Made by a program: the position numbers and the translations under genes
Assembly: GCA_958009085.1 (NCBI GenBank)
Contig: OY253688.1
Coordinates: 372,001 to 436,000 of the forward strand
Length of the DNA stretch: 64,000 nt
Source: Protoeuglena noctilucae
Taxonomy: Eukaryota
Direction of reading: 5' to 3'
Notes under the pieces: generated by a model
Databases searched by the model: none
The model's input: only the letters and a program-made list of their open reading frames with translations
What the model was told of the DNA's origin: nothing
In this document: piece by piece, positions 47,677 to 56,687 of the stretch
Layout of the letters: every line of letters begins with the position of its first letter
How positions within the stretch are numbered: position 1 is the first letter of the stretch

Positions 47677-50600
47677 CTATCCCCGCATCTGCACCCGCCC
47701 GTTTTTGCAGTTGCACGTGAGGCACAGCACGTAGCAGTTCTGGAGGGTGTGAGGGAGGTCGACGTCCGTCCTCTCGAGCGTCAGGCCCTCCCCACGGCCG
47801 CACATGGCGCACCTGTACCGGGCCGCCGCCATGAGCTGGTGCACGCCCCTCGCGTCGACGTTGTGGGTGGTGTCCCTGCCGGCACGCCTGTCCTGCTGCT
47901 TGTAGCCGTCGGCCATCGCCCGGTACTTCCTGCGCACGCTCGTGCAGACCTCGTCGTGGTCCGTCGCGATGTAGAGCCTGCTGAAATCCCTGGCCCGCGT
48001 GACGGCGGTGAAGATGAGCCTGCGCAGCGCCAGCAGCTCCTCGGCCGACTTCCAGTCGAAGGGCGCGCCCCACGCCACCACGACCTCGTCCTCGAGGCTC
48101 ATGCCCTGGCACGAGTGCACGGTGAGGGTGCCCTCGGGGCGGAAGGCCTGGCGGAGGAGGGTGCGGGTGAGCTCGACCTCCTCGCCCTCCTCGTCGACGA
48201 TCCGGACCTTGTCCGCCCCGACAGCCGACAGGCTGTAGGCCATCTTGTTCACGAAGCAGCCGTCGTGGCCGCCGGGGTCCTTGTCACTGTTGTAGCTGAA
48301 GAGCTTGCCCGGCTGCGTCCACTCCTCCTCCCTCGCGTTGGCCTGCAGCGTCATGTAGAGGTTGGTGTGGCTGACGATCTTCATGTCGCTCGTGATGCGG
48401 TCCCTGGTGATGGTCCGGAAGCCGTAGCGCGCCGCGAACCGCTCGGGGGTGAGCAGCTCCTGGGGGTCGACGTCAGGGTCGATGCTGGCGAGGGCGAGGG
48501 CCAGCTCGGGGGCCCGCCCCCGCTCGGCCACCCTGCGGAGGTTGGCGACCGCGCCGGGGATGAGCTCGCCGTAGATGCGGTACAGCAGGGGGCGGTCCTC
48601 GGGCCGGTAGCGCTTGGGCTCCATGAGCAGGATGCGGACCGGGAAGAGGGCGTCGACGGCCCTCTGGTGCGCCCCCCGGTCGTGGGTCCCCTCCGTCCAC
48701 GGGTCGAGCTGGTTGGGGTCCCCGGTGGCGATGATGGGGACGCCGCCCTCCTCCCTTCCCAGGTCGTCGATGTCCCGCTCGAGGCGCTCGAGGAAGTGGA
48801 AGGGGAGCATGTAGACCTCGTCGATGAGGAGAGAGCTCGCCTCGCCCCGCCCTCCCGGGCGCCGGAGCGCCCGCCCCTTGACGCTGCCACCGAAGTACTT
48901 GTGGGCGCTGTAGCAGTGTTTGAACCCCTGCTGGCGGAAGGCGCTCAGGAGCTGGTTGGTGTAGGACACGACGACGCCGGTGTCCTTGTCGACGGCCTTG
49001 GCCGCCAGGAAGCTCTTGCCGGACCCGGGGAAGGGGCTGGTGATGAGCACACCCGTCCTCCCCGTGCGCCGCTGCTCGATCATTGTCCTGACCACCTCCC
49101 TGCCCCCGTGCCGATCGATGTAGAACCACACATGGAAGTGCTGCCCGGTGAACTCCTTCGCGAGCGCCGGGACCCGCTCCTCCAAGAGGGAGGCGACGCT
49201 GAGACCGGGGTCCATCTCGTCGTCGGGGACGATCTCGACGAGCTCCACCGGCTCGGGGATGACGCGACGCCAATCCCGCAAGTCTCCAACGATACACCGA
49301 CGTTCATCGTAGCACTTCTCGTAGCACCTCTCGCGGACGGTCGCCCCCTGCACGAGGGCGGGCCCCTGAGGGGGGTGCACAAGGACGGGCCGGGGGGGCT
49401 TCAGCTTCCCCAGGTCCTCGAACGTGATGGGCTTCTCGGGGTCGACGAACTTCATCCCGGCCCCCTCGAGTCTCCGGACCATGTCATCCGCGTCGACGCC
49501 GGTGAAGAACGCCTCGTCGACGTGAACTCCGAGACACGCTTCCTTTCTGCAACAGTCCCAGCCATTTTCCCCCATGCGCATGGCCAGCTTCGCCATGTCC
49601 AGGCGTGCCCGCGCGTAAACGCTCAGCTGGACCCACCGCCAGCCGTCCCGCACGCGCCTGTCAGACCCCACGAAGATCTGACCCCAGGGGTCGCCCGCGG
49701 GGGCGTGGAAGGGGTGGTCCTCGGGCACGTCAGCCCCCTGGTCGACCCCCTGGTCGACCCCCTGGTCGTCAGCCCCCCGGTCGTCGCCCCAACCCCAGAG
49801 CTCGTCGAGCGTCGTCACCCTCGGGCCCCCCTCTGTCGCCACCCTCGGGCCCCCCTCTGTCGCCACCCTCGGGCCCCCCTCGGGGCCACCCCCCGTCTTG
49901 CCATCCCAGATGCCACACGCCTTTCCCACCGGGAAGGCGGGGTTCTCGGGGTCCTGGTCGTAGGCCACCCGCACCTGCTCCGCCCTCGTGCACCTGAAGC
50001 CCTGGCACACCCGCGAGTTCACCTTGCCCGCCGTCCCGATGGCCCGGTTCACGATGGCCTTGCGGAGGCCGTCGGGCAGGGCGGATTTGTAGATCTCCTT
50101 GATGAGGCCGTCGAAGCGCAGCTCAGCCGTCCGGTGGGGCACGAGGCGGGCGAGGACGCGGTGAGGCCCCAAGTACTCTCCAGCGAACTCGATCCACTCC
50201 AGGATCTGCCACCCGAACAGCATGCACACCGGGGCCGGGTAGACCAGGTACGCCGGCTCAAGGCCATACCAGTACGTTTTCGCCTCATGTCGGTCCCACA
50301 CGAACTGGGGCGCCTCGACGATGTAGACGCAGCGCGCGTCGAAGAGATACTTATCATGCCACTCCTCCCACTCGCAGAACGGGCTGAGCACCGGGACGTC
50401 CAGCCCCCTCGCCAGGATGGACGTGTACTGCCGCACCACGTCGACGCCCCATACCCCCCCCTCGCAGGCGCATTCCTCCCCCTCCCCCCTCCTCCGAGGG
50501 CAATTCCGCTGGTGAGGCATGAGCCGGACGCGGGAAGGCGGCGACGGGGGGCAGATGCCTCCCATCCCCGTGAGGCTCGCCTCCACGAGAGGGCTCCACG

Positions 50601-52449
50601 AGCTCTTGTGCCCCGGCCCGCACAGCAGGCGCAGGAGCCTCGAGCCGTGCAGCTCGTAGAGGTCGACGTGATCCTCCCCCACCACGAGGGTCTCCTCCAT
50701 CGGCAGGTCGTCGCGCGTCGCGGCCACGATGCTGGCGCAGCCGGTCTTCATCCTGCTGCTGGGGCCCTCCCCCACCTTGTAGCGGAAGAACCACTTGAAG
50801 CCCGTGATCGTCCGCGGCCCGGACATGTTGAGGTCGCGCACGTAGTGCCCCTTGGCCTGCAGCTCGTCGATGAGGACGGTCAGGGGCCTCCTGGCGAGGT
50901 AGCGCCCCGGCTCCTGGATCGCGAGCACGTCGTCGGCCGTGGTCACGCGCCCCGCCGCCGCGTTCAGCCCACGGGGGACGGGGAGCGAGTCCCCGGGCTC
51001 CTTGAACCCCCCCTTCTGTCCCAGCGCCCCATTGGGCACCAGGCGCCCGTCCAAGACCTGGTACCTCCCTCCCATGGCACTCGAGTCGACGGGCCACGCG
51101 TGCCCGTCGTGGAGCAGGATGTAGATGCAGCCCTTGGTGCCCCGGCCCTCCCGCTGAGGTGCTGGGCCTGGGGTGCCCTCCGGCCGCATGGCAGCCGCCT
51201 TCTGCGGGTCGTACGGCTCGTACGCCAGGACGCGCCCCGTCACGCTCTCGATCACGGCGACGTCGACGCACCCCTTGAACGCCTCGACGATCTGGTCGCC
51301 CCGGATGCCGTCGCCCATCTCCCCCAGCCGCTGCAGGGCCTTCCGCAGCTCCGGATCCACCCTCGCGGGCATCTGGAACATGGCGGCGGCGAGGACGCAC
51401 TTGCCGGGCTCGGGCTCGAAGGCCCACTTCTGCCCCTTGTAGGGCGTCACGGGCGAGTTGAGGAAGCACTTGGCCAGCCGCGCGTCCCGGATGAGCTGGT
51501 GCCGGAGGGTCCAGCCGACCGTCCACTCCACCTCCCGCACGACGGATATGCGGATGCCGACGGGGAGGCTGACGGGGATGGTCTCGGCCTGGTGGGGCAG
51601 CTGGGCCGATAGGTAGTTGCGGAGGCGGGCCATGATGTCGGCCGCGCCCCGGTCCAGCAGCTCCTGGGCCGGGGGGAGGTCCTCGACCCCCCGGATGACG
51701 ATGGTGCGGCCCGGCTGGTACTCCCCAGCCTCCGCCCTCTTGACGGGCAGCACGGCGAACTCCGGGTCGAACGGCCACGCCGCCACCGGCGCCCCGTCGA
51801 CCTCGCTGTAGACCACGCTGTCCGGTCGCTCCTTGAGCGCCGGGGGGACGGCCGCGGTCTGCCACAGCGCCCTGAGCCTCGCGTTCCCCCGCGCCTGCTC
51901 CAGCGCGGCGCGCAGGGCCTCGGTTGAGCGCGGCTGCCCCAGGATCCTATCCAGAGAGGTCTTCCCGTCCCTGGTCACCGGGCTCTCCAGAGGGAAGAAC
52001 TTCTGGAGTTGCACCTCCAGTCCGATGAGCTGCCCCGCCCTCTCCTCCGCGGCCTTCGCGGCTGCCCTCTGGTCCCACCCGATGGCCCACGTCTTGGTCT
52101 CTCCCGCCCCGCGACCCCTCAGGCGGTAGCCGACCGGGAACTCCACCAGCGCCCGGACCGCGGCGGGGCCGTCCGGCCCCCGGATATGGCTAATGTGTTG
52201 ATTGGCCTCCTCCGCGGATATCGGGACCCTGCCTCCGCCCCCGATGAAGTAAAACCCCTCCCGCGGCGTCTGCCGCAGCTCGAACCCGCCCCCCTCCCTA
52301 TCGTGCACCGCGTAGCCCGCCGGGGGCTTCACGACAGCGTCCGCGGCCGCCACGTCCCGCGCCTCGCGGAGCTTCCGGGCCGCCGTGCTCCATTTCACCA
52401 TGCGCCACCCCCCCCGCCCCAGTATCTCGACGTCCGGTTTCGGTGGCAT
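47677..52449 (-). CDS. Multidomain replication protein: OTU-like protease, degenerate protein-primed PolB, SF1 helicase and HNH-type nuclease
   Basis: PolB-like DVVRQYTSIL, KAIVNRAIG and VHVDE; SF1 motifs PGSGKS, IDEVYM, GDPNQL, TVHSCQG, TAVTRAR; C-terminal CAMC...LER...H...N...CLTCN. Confidence 0.85.
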   Translation of the reverse strand: MPPKPDVEILGRGGWRMVKWSTAARKLREARDVAAADAVVKPPAGYAVHDREGGGFELRQTPREGFYFIGGGGRVPISAEEANQHISHIRGPDGPAAVRALVEFPVGYRLRGRGAGETKTWAIGWDQRAAAKAAEERAGQLIGLEVQLQKFFPLESPVTRDGKTSLDRILGQPRSTEALRAALEQARGNARLRALWQTAAVPPALKERPDSVVYSEVDGAPVAAWPFDPEFAVLPVKRAEAGEYQPGRTIVIRGVEDLPPAQELLDRGAADIMARLRNYLSAQLPHQAETIPVSLPVGIRISVVREVEWTVGWTLRHQLIRDARLAKCFLNSPVTPYKGQKWAFEPEPGKCVLAAAMFQMPARVDPELRKALQRLGEMGDGIRGDQIVEAFKGCVDVAVIESVTGRVLAYEPYDPQKAAAMRPEGTPGPAPQREGRGTKGCIYILLHDGHAWPVDSSAMGGRYQVLDGRLVPNGALGQKGGFKEPGDSLPVPRGLNAAAGRVTTADDVLAIQEPGRYLARRPLTVLIDELQAKGHYVRDLNMSGPRTITGFKWFFRYKVGEGPSSRMKTGCASIVAATRDDLPMEETLVVGEDHVDLYELHGSRLLRLLCGPGHKSSWSPLVEASLTGMGGICPPSPPSRVRLMPHQRNCPRRRGEGEECACEGGVWGVDVVRQYTSILARGLDVPVLSPFCEWEEWHDKYLFDARCVYIVEAPQFVWDRHEAKTYWYGLEPAYLVYPAPVCMLFGWQILEWIEFAGEYLGPHRVLARLVPHRTAELRFDGLIKEIYKSALPDGLRKAIVNRAIGTAGKVNSRVCQGFRCTRAEQVRVAYDQDPENPAFPVGKACGIWDGKTGGGPEGGPRVATEGGPRVATEGGPRVTTLDELWGWGDDRGADDQGVDQGVDQGADVPEDHPFHAPAGDPWGQIFVGSDRRVRDGWRWVQLSVYARARLDMAKLAMRMGENGWDCCRKEACLGVHVDEAFFTGVDADDMVRRLEGAGMKFVDPEKPITFEDLGKLKPPRPVLVHPPQGPALVQGATVRERCYEKCYDERRCIVGDLRDWRRVIPEPVELVEIVPDDEMDPGLSVASLLEERVPALAKEFTGQHFHVWFYIDRHGGREVVRTMIEQRRTGRTGVLITSPFPGSGKSFLAAKAVDKDTGVVVSYTNQLLSAFRQQGFKHCYSAHKYFGGSVKGRALRRPGGRGEASSLLIDEVYMLPFHFLERLERDIDDLGREEGGVPIIATGDPNQLDPWTEGTHDRGAHQRAVDALFPVRILLMEPKRYRPEDRPLLYRIYGELIPGAVANLRRVAERGRAPELALALASIDPDVDPQELLTPERFAARYGFRTITRDRITSDMKIVSHTNLYMTLQANAREEEWTQPGKLFSYNSDKDPGGHDGCFVNKMAYSLSAVGADKVRIVDEEGEEVELTRTLLRQAFRPEGTLTVHSCQGMSLEDEVVVAWGAPFDWKSAEELLALRRLIFTAVTRARDFSRLYIATDHDEVCTSVRRKYRAMADGYKQQDRRAGRDTTHNVDARGVHQLMAAARYRCAMCGRGEGLTLERTDVDLPHTLQNCYVLCLTCNCKNGRVQMRG
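49734..49881 (-). repeat. In-frame 12-bp (DQGV) and 24-bp (GGPRVATE) tandem repeats inside the PolB-like region
   Basis: CACCCTCGGGCCCCCCTCTGTCGC at 49816 and 49840, partial at 49864; CCCCCTGGTCGA ~3 copies from 49734. Confidence 0.9.
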
Positions 52450-52494
52450 GGTTGATGACCCGAAATTGTTTCTGCTGACCCTTTCGTGCCCCCC

Positions 52495-52804
52495 TTACGG
52501 GACACGAAGCCCGACGGGGTTAACCCTCACCCCTGACAGCGCGTCGTCCGAGAGGGTCAGGATGGCCTCCGCGGCCCGCCTCCGCAGCCGCAGGCACAGG
52601 TCCTCCCAGTCCTCCGGACGCCGGCAGCCAGGGCGCAGGCGGACGTCGACCAGGCCGGACTCGCGCAGCCTGCGACGGATCTTCGACGCCCGCGCGAGCC
52701 CCCTCCGCCTGTCCAGCGCCACCGAACCGTCCGTGCGACACAGGTCCCCGTCATCGTCCAGGCGCCGGTTCAGCGCGGCCAGCTCGGCCGCGTAGCGGAC
52801 CATG
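52495..52804 (-). CDS. PLV hypothetical Arg-rich protein
   Basis: ORF MVRYAAELAALNRR... filling the gap between the replicase and integrase genes. Confidence 0.55.
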
Positions 52805-52859
52805 GTCTGCAGCAGCATCGTGGCAGCAACTTCTTTCCCGTGTTAGGGCAGTTGCCCTT

Positions 52860-53957
52860 ATGGATCTCGCCGATCGAATCAAGGAGCTCATTCAAAGTGG
52901 GGTGGGCTCCACCCTCGCGGCCGTCCAGGCCGCGCTGAAGAAGGCCGGTGTCCAGGCAAATGCGGGGTCAGTGAAGGCCGCGCTGGCCCAGGCCAAGGCC
53001 AGCCTGGGCATAGGGGTCAAGGCTAAGGCCGGCAGCACGCTCCCCATGCGCGCCACGGGCCGGGAGGCGCAGATGGACCTCGTCGACCTGGCCAGGTCGG
53101 GCAAGCGGGAGGCCGTCTTCACCAACGGGGCCAAGAACGCCTACATCCTGCTCCTCGTGGACAGCCTGAGCCGGTACGTGTGGTACGAGGACCTCCCGTC
53201 GAAATCCAAGGAGGACGTGCTGCGGGGGCTGGAGAAGCTCTTCTCGCACAGGGCACAGGGCAGAGCCAAGCGCGGGGTGCCCCGGGGCACCCCCGGACAG
53301 CTCCCGATCCCCCGGCACTGGGACCGCATCCTCGCGGACGGGGAGGCGGCCTGGATGTCCGCGGAGGGGCAGCAGTACTTCGCAGACCAGGGCATCGAGC
53401 TGGTGAGGGTCCGGCACGCGCCGCAGATCGAATCCGTCATCGGGATCCTCAAGAGGGACACGGCAGTGAGACAGGCGCTCAGCGAGGGGAAGGACTCCTG
53501 GACCACCTGCTTCCGGGAGGCCGTCGACGCGTGGAACCAGAGCGCCAACTCGCAGACCGGGCCCTACACGCCCGCGGAGGTCGCGCGGGACGCCAGGCCC
53601 CCCAAGGACGAGGAAGACGGAAGCGTGAGGCCGGGGAACGAGGCCTGGGTCGAGGCCGCGGAGCGCGAGACCCTGCGCGTGAGCAGACGCATGGCTGCCA
53701 TCGCCAAGCGCCCCAAGGTCCGGCGCAGGGTCGCCGGCGCCAACGCGGGCACCGGTCAGCTGGGACAGGCGCCTCTGAAGGTCGGGGACCTCGTGAGGCT
53801 GCCCACGAAGGCCAGCCAGGGGCCCCTCAGGAAACCGTCAGACTTGCAGTGGCAGGTCAAACCCGCCCGCATCGCGGAAGTTAAAGGGGGCAAGTACCGC
53901 GTCGAGGGGGCCAGAAAGTGGTGGAACCGAGACGAGATATTGCCGGCCCAATCATGA
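52860..53957 (+). CDS. Retroviral-like (RVE/DDE) integrase
   Basis: QMDLVD (D1), YILLLVDSLSRYVW, ILADGE (D2), QIESVIGILK (E), WN...TPAEV, and SH3-like KVGDLVRL. Confidence 0.9.
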   Translation: MDLADRIKELIQSGVGSTLAAVQAALKKAGVQANAGSVKAALAQAKASLGIGVKAKAGSTLPMRATGREAQMDLVDLARSGKREAVFTNGAKNAYILLLVDSLSRYVWYEDLPSKSKEDVLRGLEKLFSHRAQGRAKRGVPRGTPGQLPIPRHWDRILADGEAAWMSAEGQQYFADQGIELVRVRHAPQIESVIGILKRDTAVRQALSEGKDSWTTCFREAVDAWNQSANSQTGPYTPAEVARDARPPKDEEDGSVRPGNEAWVEAAERETLRVSRRMAAIAKRPKVRRRVAGANAGTGQLGQAPLKVGDLVRLPTKASQGPLRKPSDLQWQVKPARIAEVKGGKYRVEGARKWWNRDEILPAQS

Positions 53958-54406
53958 ACGCCGAGCTCCTCCGTCGCATGAACGCAGTCATGGCCGCTCT
54001 CCGGGAGAGCTCTGCCTGGCCCAACGTCCGCGTCTCGTGCACCCCGGTGGCCGGACTGGACTTCGGCCCTCTCACGCGGGGCGCGCCGGGCTATGATGTC
54101 CGTGACGAGGTCGACATCAGCCTCCACCTGGACGTCCACCCGGACCACGAGGACCGCGTGTGGCGCGGATTCGCCCCCTGCGTGTGGACCGTCGCATACT
54201 GCGGCCACCGCCTCCACGTCGAGCGCTTCCGGCCGAGGGAGTTCGCCATTGCCTGCATGACAGAGCTCTTGGAGATGCTCGATGACATGGGGGAGGACAT
54301 CGCCGTGGGAAAGCGCGGCCTTCTAGAGCGTCAGTTCCGCGCTCTCTGCCTCCGCTTCAACCTGTGCTATCAGCCGCGTCGCCGCTTCTGGCTGGCTGGC
54401 AGGTGA
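53954..54406 (+). CDS. PLV hypothetical protein
   Basis: ATG overlaps the integrase stop (ATGA); coding-like bias. Confidence 0.65.
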   Translation: MNAELLRRMNAVMAALRESSAWPNVRVSCTPVAGLDFGPLTRGAPGYDVRDEVDISLHLDVHPDHEDRVWRGFAPCVWTVAYCGHRLHVERFRPREFAIACMTELLEMLDDMGEDIAVGKRGLLERQFRALCLRFNLCYQPRRRFWLAGR

Positions 54407-54429
54407 GCATTTTTCTCTGGGCTGAGCAC

Positions 54430-55488
54430 ATGCGCGTCGCCGACCTCTTCTGTGGCATCGGGAGCTTCCACTATGCCGCCAGGGCGCTCGGACACGAGGT
54501 GGTCTTCGCCTGTGACGCAGACCCGGCCGTGAGGATGGTCTATGAGGCCACGTGGGGGCTGCGACCCTGGGGCGATATCGACGGCATCCAACTGGACCGC
54601 ATCCCGGACCATGACATCCTCTGCGCCGGGCCGCCCTGCCAGGCCTTCAGCCTCATCGGCCGGAAGCGCGGCATGGGCGACGAGAGGGGGAGGCTGATGT
54701 TCCGAGTAGCGGAGGTGCTGAGGGCTAAGCGGCCGCGCTTCTTCGTGGTTGAAAACGTGCGAAACCTGATAGGCGCCCCGCTGCGGCCGGTGTTCGAAAG
54801 CGTGCTCCAGGCGTACCGCGACGCGGGCTATAAGGTGTGCTGGCACGTCCTGGACTGCGCGGACTACGGGATCCCCCAGGGACGCCGCAGGCTCTTTATC
54901 GTGGGTTCACGGGACGAAGAATTCAACTGGGAGCCTCCCACGGCGCGCGCCGGGCCAAGTCTCGCCGAGCTGCTGGGGCAGCCTGGCCTGCGCCCCGAGA
55001 AGCCGCTCTGCCGCACCATCCGCACGCAATACCGCCCCAACTCCAAGGACAAGCGGTCCTTTGCCTACGTGCCCCTCGAGGGCGGCGGGGGTTACGTTCT
55101 CTCGCGGGTCGACGCAGAGGCGCTCCAGGGCTTCCCACCGCAGCTGCTGCGGTGGGGGAACCTGAACGCCACGCGCGTCTGGCGCGCGCTGGGCAACACC
55201 ATCCCCACGTGCCTCACGACGGCCGTGCTCGGCTCACTCGACCTCGGCGATGCGGATGATGGCCCCAGGCGCAGACCCCCTGGTGAGCGCGAAATAGCAC
55301 ATGGCGAAGTCCCGCGGCACGCGGAGGCCACTCTCGACCCACATGTGCCCCTCCAGGACGATGTTCCAGCGGATGAGGTCCCGCGTGGTGTGGAGATGGA
55401 AGGTGAAGGCGTCGGTGTTGTCCTGGTGCTCCGAGAGCAGCCCGAAGATGGCCCGGAAGTCCCGCGCCGCATCGAGGCGCTCCAGTAG
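54430..55488 (+). CDS. DNA cytosine-5 methyltransferase (bacterial Dcm/HhaI-type architecture)
   Basis: Motif I DLFCGIG, IV GPPCQAFS, VI ENV, VIII QGRRR, IX LQGFP, X LGN. Confidence 0.93.
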   Translation: MRVADLFCGIGSFHYAARALGHEVVFACDADPAVRMVYEATWGLRPWGDIDGIQLDRIPDHDILCAGPPCQAFSLIGRKRGMGDERGRLMFRVAEVLRAKRPRFFVVENVRNLIGAPLRPVFESVLQAYRDAGYKVCWHVLDCADYGIPQGRRRLFIVGSRDEEFNWEPPTARAGPSLAELLGQPGLRPEKPLCRTIRTQYRPNSKDKRSFAYVPLEGGGGYVLSRVDAEALQGFPPQLLRWGNLNATRVWRALGNTIPTCLTTAVLGSLDLGDADDGPRRRPPGEREIAHGEVPRHAEATLDPHVPLQDDVPADEVPRGVEMEGEGVGVVLVLREQPEDGPEVPRRIEALQ

Positions 55489-55572
55489 CGGGAACTTGCC
55501 CTCGCGGAAGATGCCGGAGTTGCGGAAGGACTCGGGGAGGCGGAGCGCCTCCGCCAGGTCGACGTGGTTCAT
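55234..55572 (-). CDS. PLV hypothetical protein overlapping the MTase tail on the opposite strand
   Basis: 112-aa ORF with globular composition and GC3 bias on the minus strand; TATAAC upstream. Confidence 0.6.
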   Translation of the reverse strand: MNHVDLAEALRLPESFRNSGIFREGKFPLLERLDAARDFRAIFGLLSEHQDNTDAFTFHLHTTRDLIRWNIVLEGHMWVESGLRVPRDFAMCYFALTRGSAPGAIIRIAEVE

Positions 55573-55789
55573 GCCCCCGGAGGGGCGGGCGGGCGCGGCG
55601 AACAGTTATAGAGCTTGCCGGGAGCCGGGTATGCAGCGGTGTCGGTGTGGCGACCGGAACCCAAAGCACCCAGGTGGCTTACCCTACCTGAACCAGGGCG
55701 TCGACGGTCAGGGGCGTCGACGGTCGGGCCGGAGTGGGGGGGTACCAGGGAGCGGATATATAGCGCACTTCAAGCGGAGCTCAGCAGGC

Positions 55790-56518
55790 CTAGGGGCACC
55801 CCTCGTCCTCCTGGTCAACGTCCATGTCGGGGTTGTTGCGCTCGTTGATCGCGGTGTCACGCTCGTGCGCCTCCTTCTCCGCCTGGGCATGCTCCTGCTC
55901 GCCGCGGATGCGGAGCTCCTGGAGGTTGACGTCGATGTCCTCCTCAGTGTCGATGTCATAGTCCCGGGCGTAACGGAACACTCCGTGCAGGTAGCGCACG
56001 AAGCGGCAGTAGAACCGGCAGAACCGGAGGGACTGCGCGGCGGCCTGCGGGTCGGTCTGGGGCCGCCGGGCAGCGCCGAGGGCAGCGTTGTACAGCTCGA
56101 GGGGCGAGAAGCCATCGGCGTGGACGCCGTCCGCGAGCACACGCTCTCCGCCCACGTTGAGGCCGAAACGGGACACGGGGACCTTCGCGGCCTCCGAGAA
56201 GAGCTGGTTGAACTCCAGAGCCAGCGCGTTGAGCGCGAGCGGCATCGCAACCGCGGCGGACTCGACCTCGGGCTCGACCGCCGCCATTTGCATTCCCACC
56301 ATGCAGATGGTCCTGTCCACCGCGCCGGCGTGGACGTAGCAGGCGAGGGAGGCCGCGGGGTCCGCCCCGTCGAGCGCGATGTGGGGCGCGTTGCGGCAGC
56401 GGCGCGGCTCGGCATCTCCACGCCTGCGAGTCAGCGCCATGCACTGGGGGATGAGGACTCCCACGGGGTCCCTCCCGCACGACAGGCTCTGCCCGATGAC
56501 GATCTTGAGCTCCTCCAT
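55790..56518 (-). CDS. PLV hypothetical protein, ~242 aa, acidic tail
   Basis: ATG at 56518 (MEELKIVIG...), GC3 bias, minus-strand TATAAA at 56585-56590. Confidence 0.65.
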   Translation of the reverse strand: MEELKIVIGQSLSCGRDPVGVLIPQCMALTRRRGDAEPRRCRNAPHIALDGADPAASLACYVHAGAVDRTICMVGMQMAAVEPEVESAAVAMPLALNALALEFNQLFSEAAKVPVSRFGLNVGGERVLADGVHADGFSPLELYNAALGAARRPQTDPQAAAQSLRFCRFYCRFVRYLHGVFRYARDYDIDTEEDIDVNLQELRIRGEQEHAQAEKEAHERDTAINERNNPDMDVDQEDEGCP

Positions 56519-56687
56519 GGCTGGCACTGGACCTGCGGAGACCAGCTGCTGTCGGAAGTGGGCGCGGAGGGGCCGCGACGGCCGTTTATACTCCGCGGCC
56601 CGCGCCCCGGAACCTTCCACTGGCGTTTCACGGAAGCTGAAGCAGTGGGCTGGCCCTCCCCCCCTGGCGCAGTCCCCCCCTCCAGTT

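Noticed and set aside
47749..51612. 1287-aa plus-strand ORF
   Set aside because: Antisense shadow of the replicase gene; all conserved motifs are on the minus strand.
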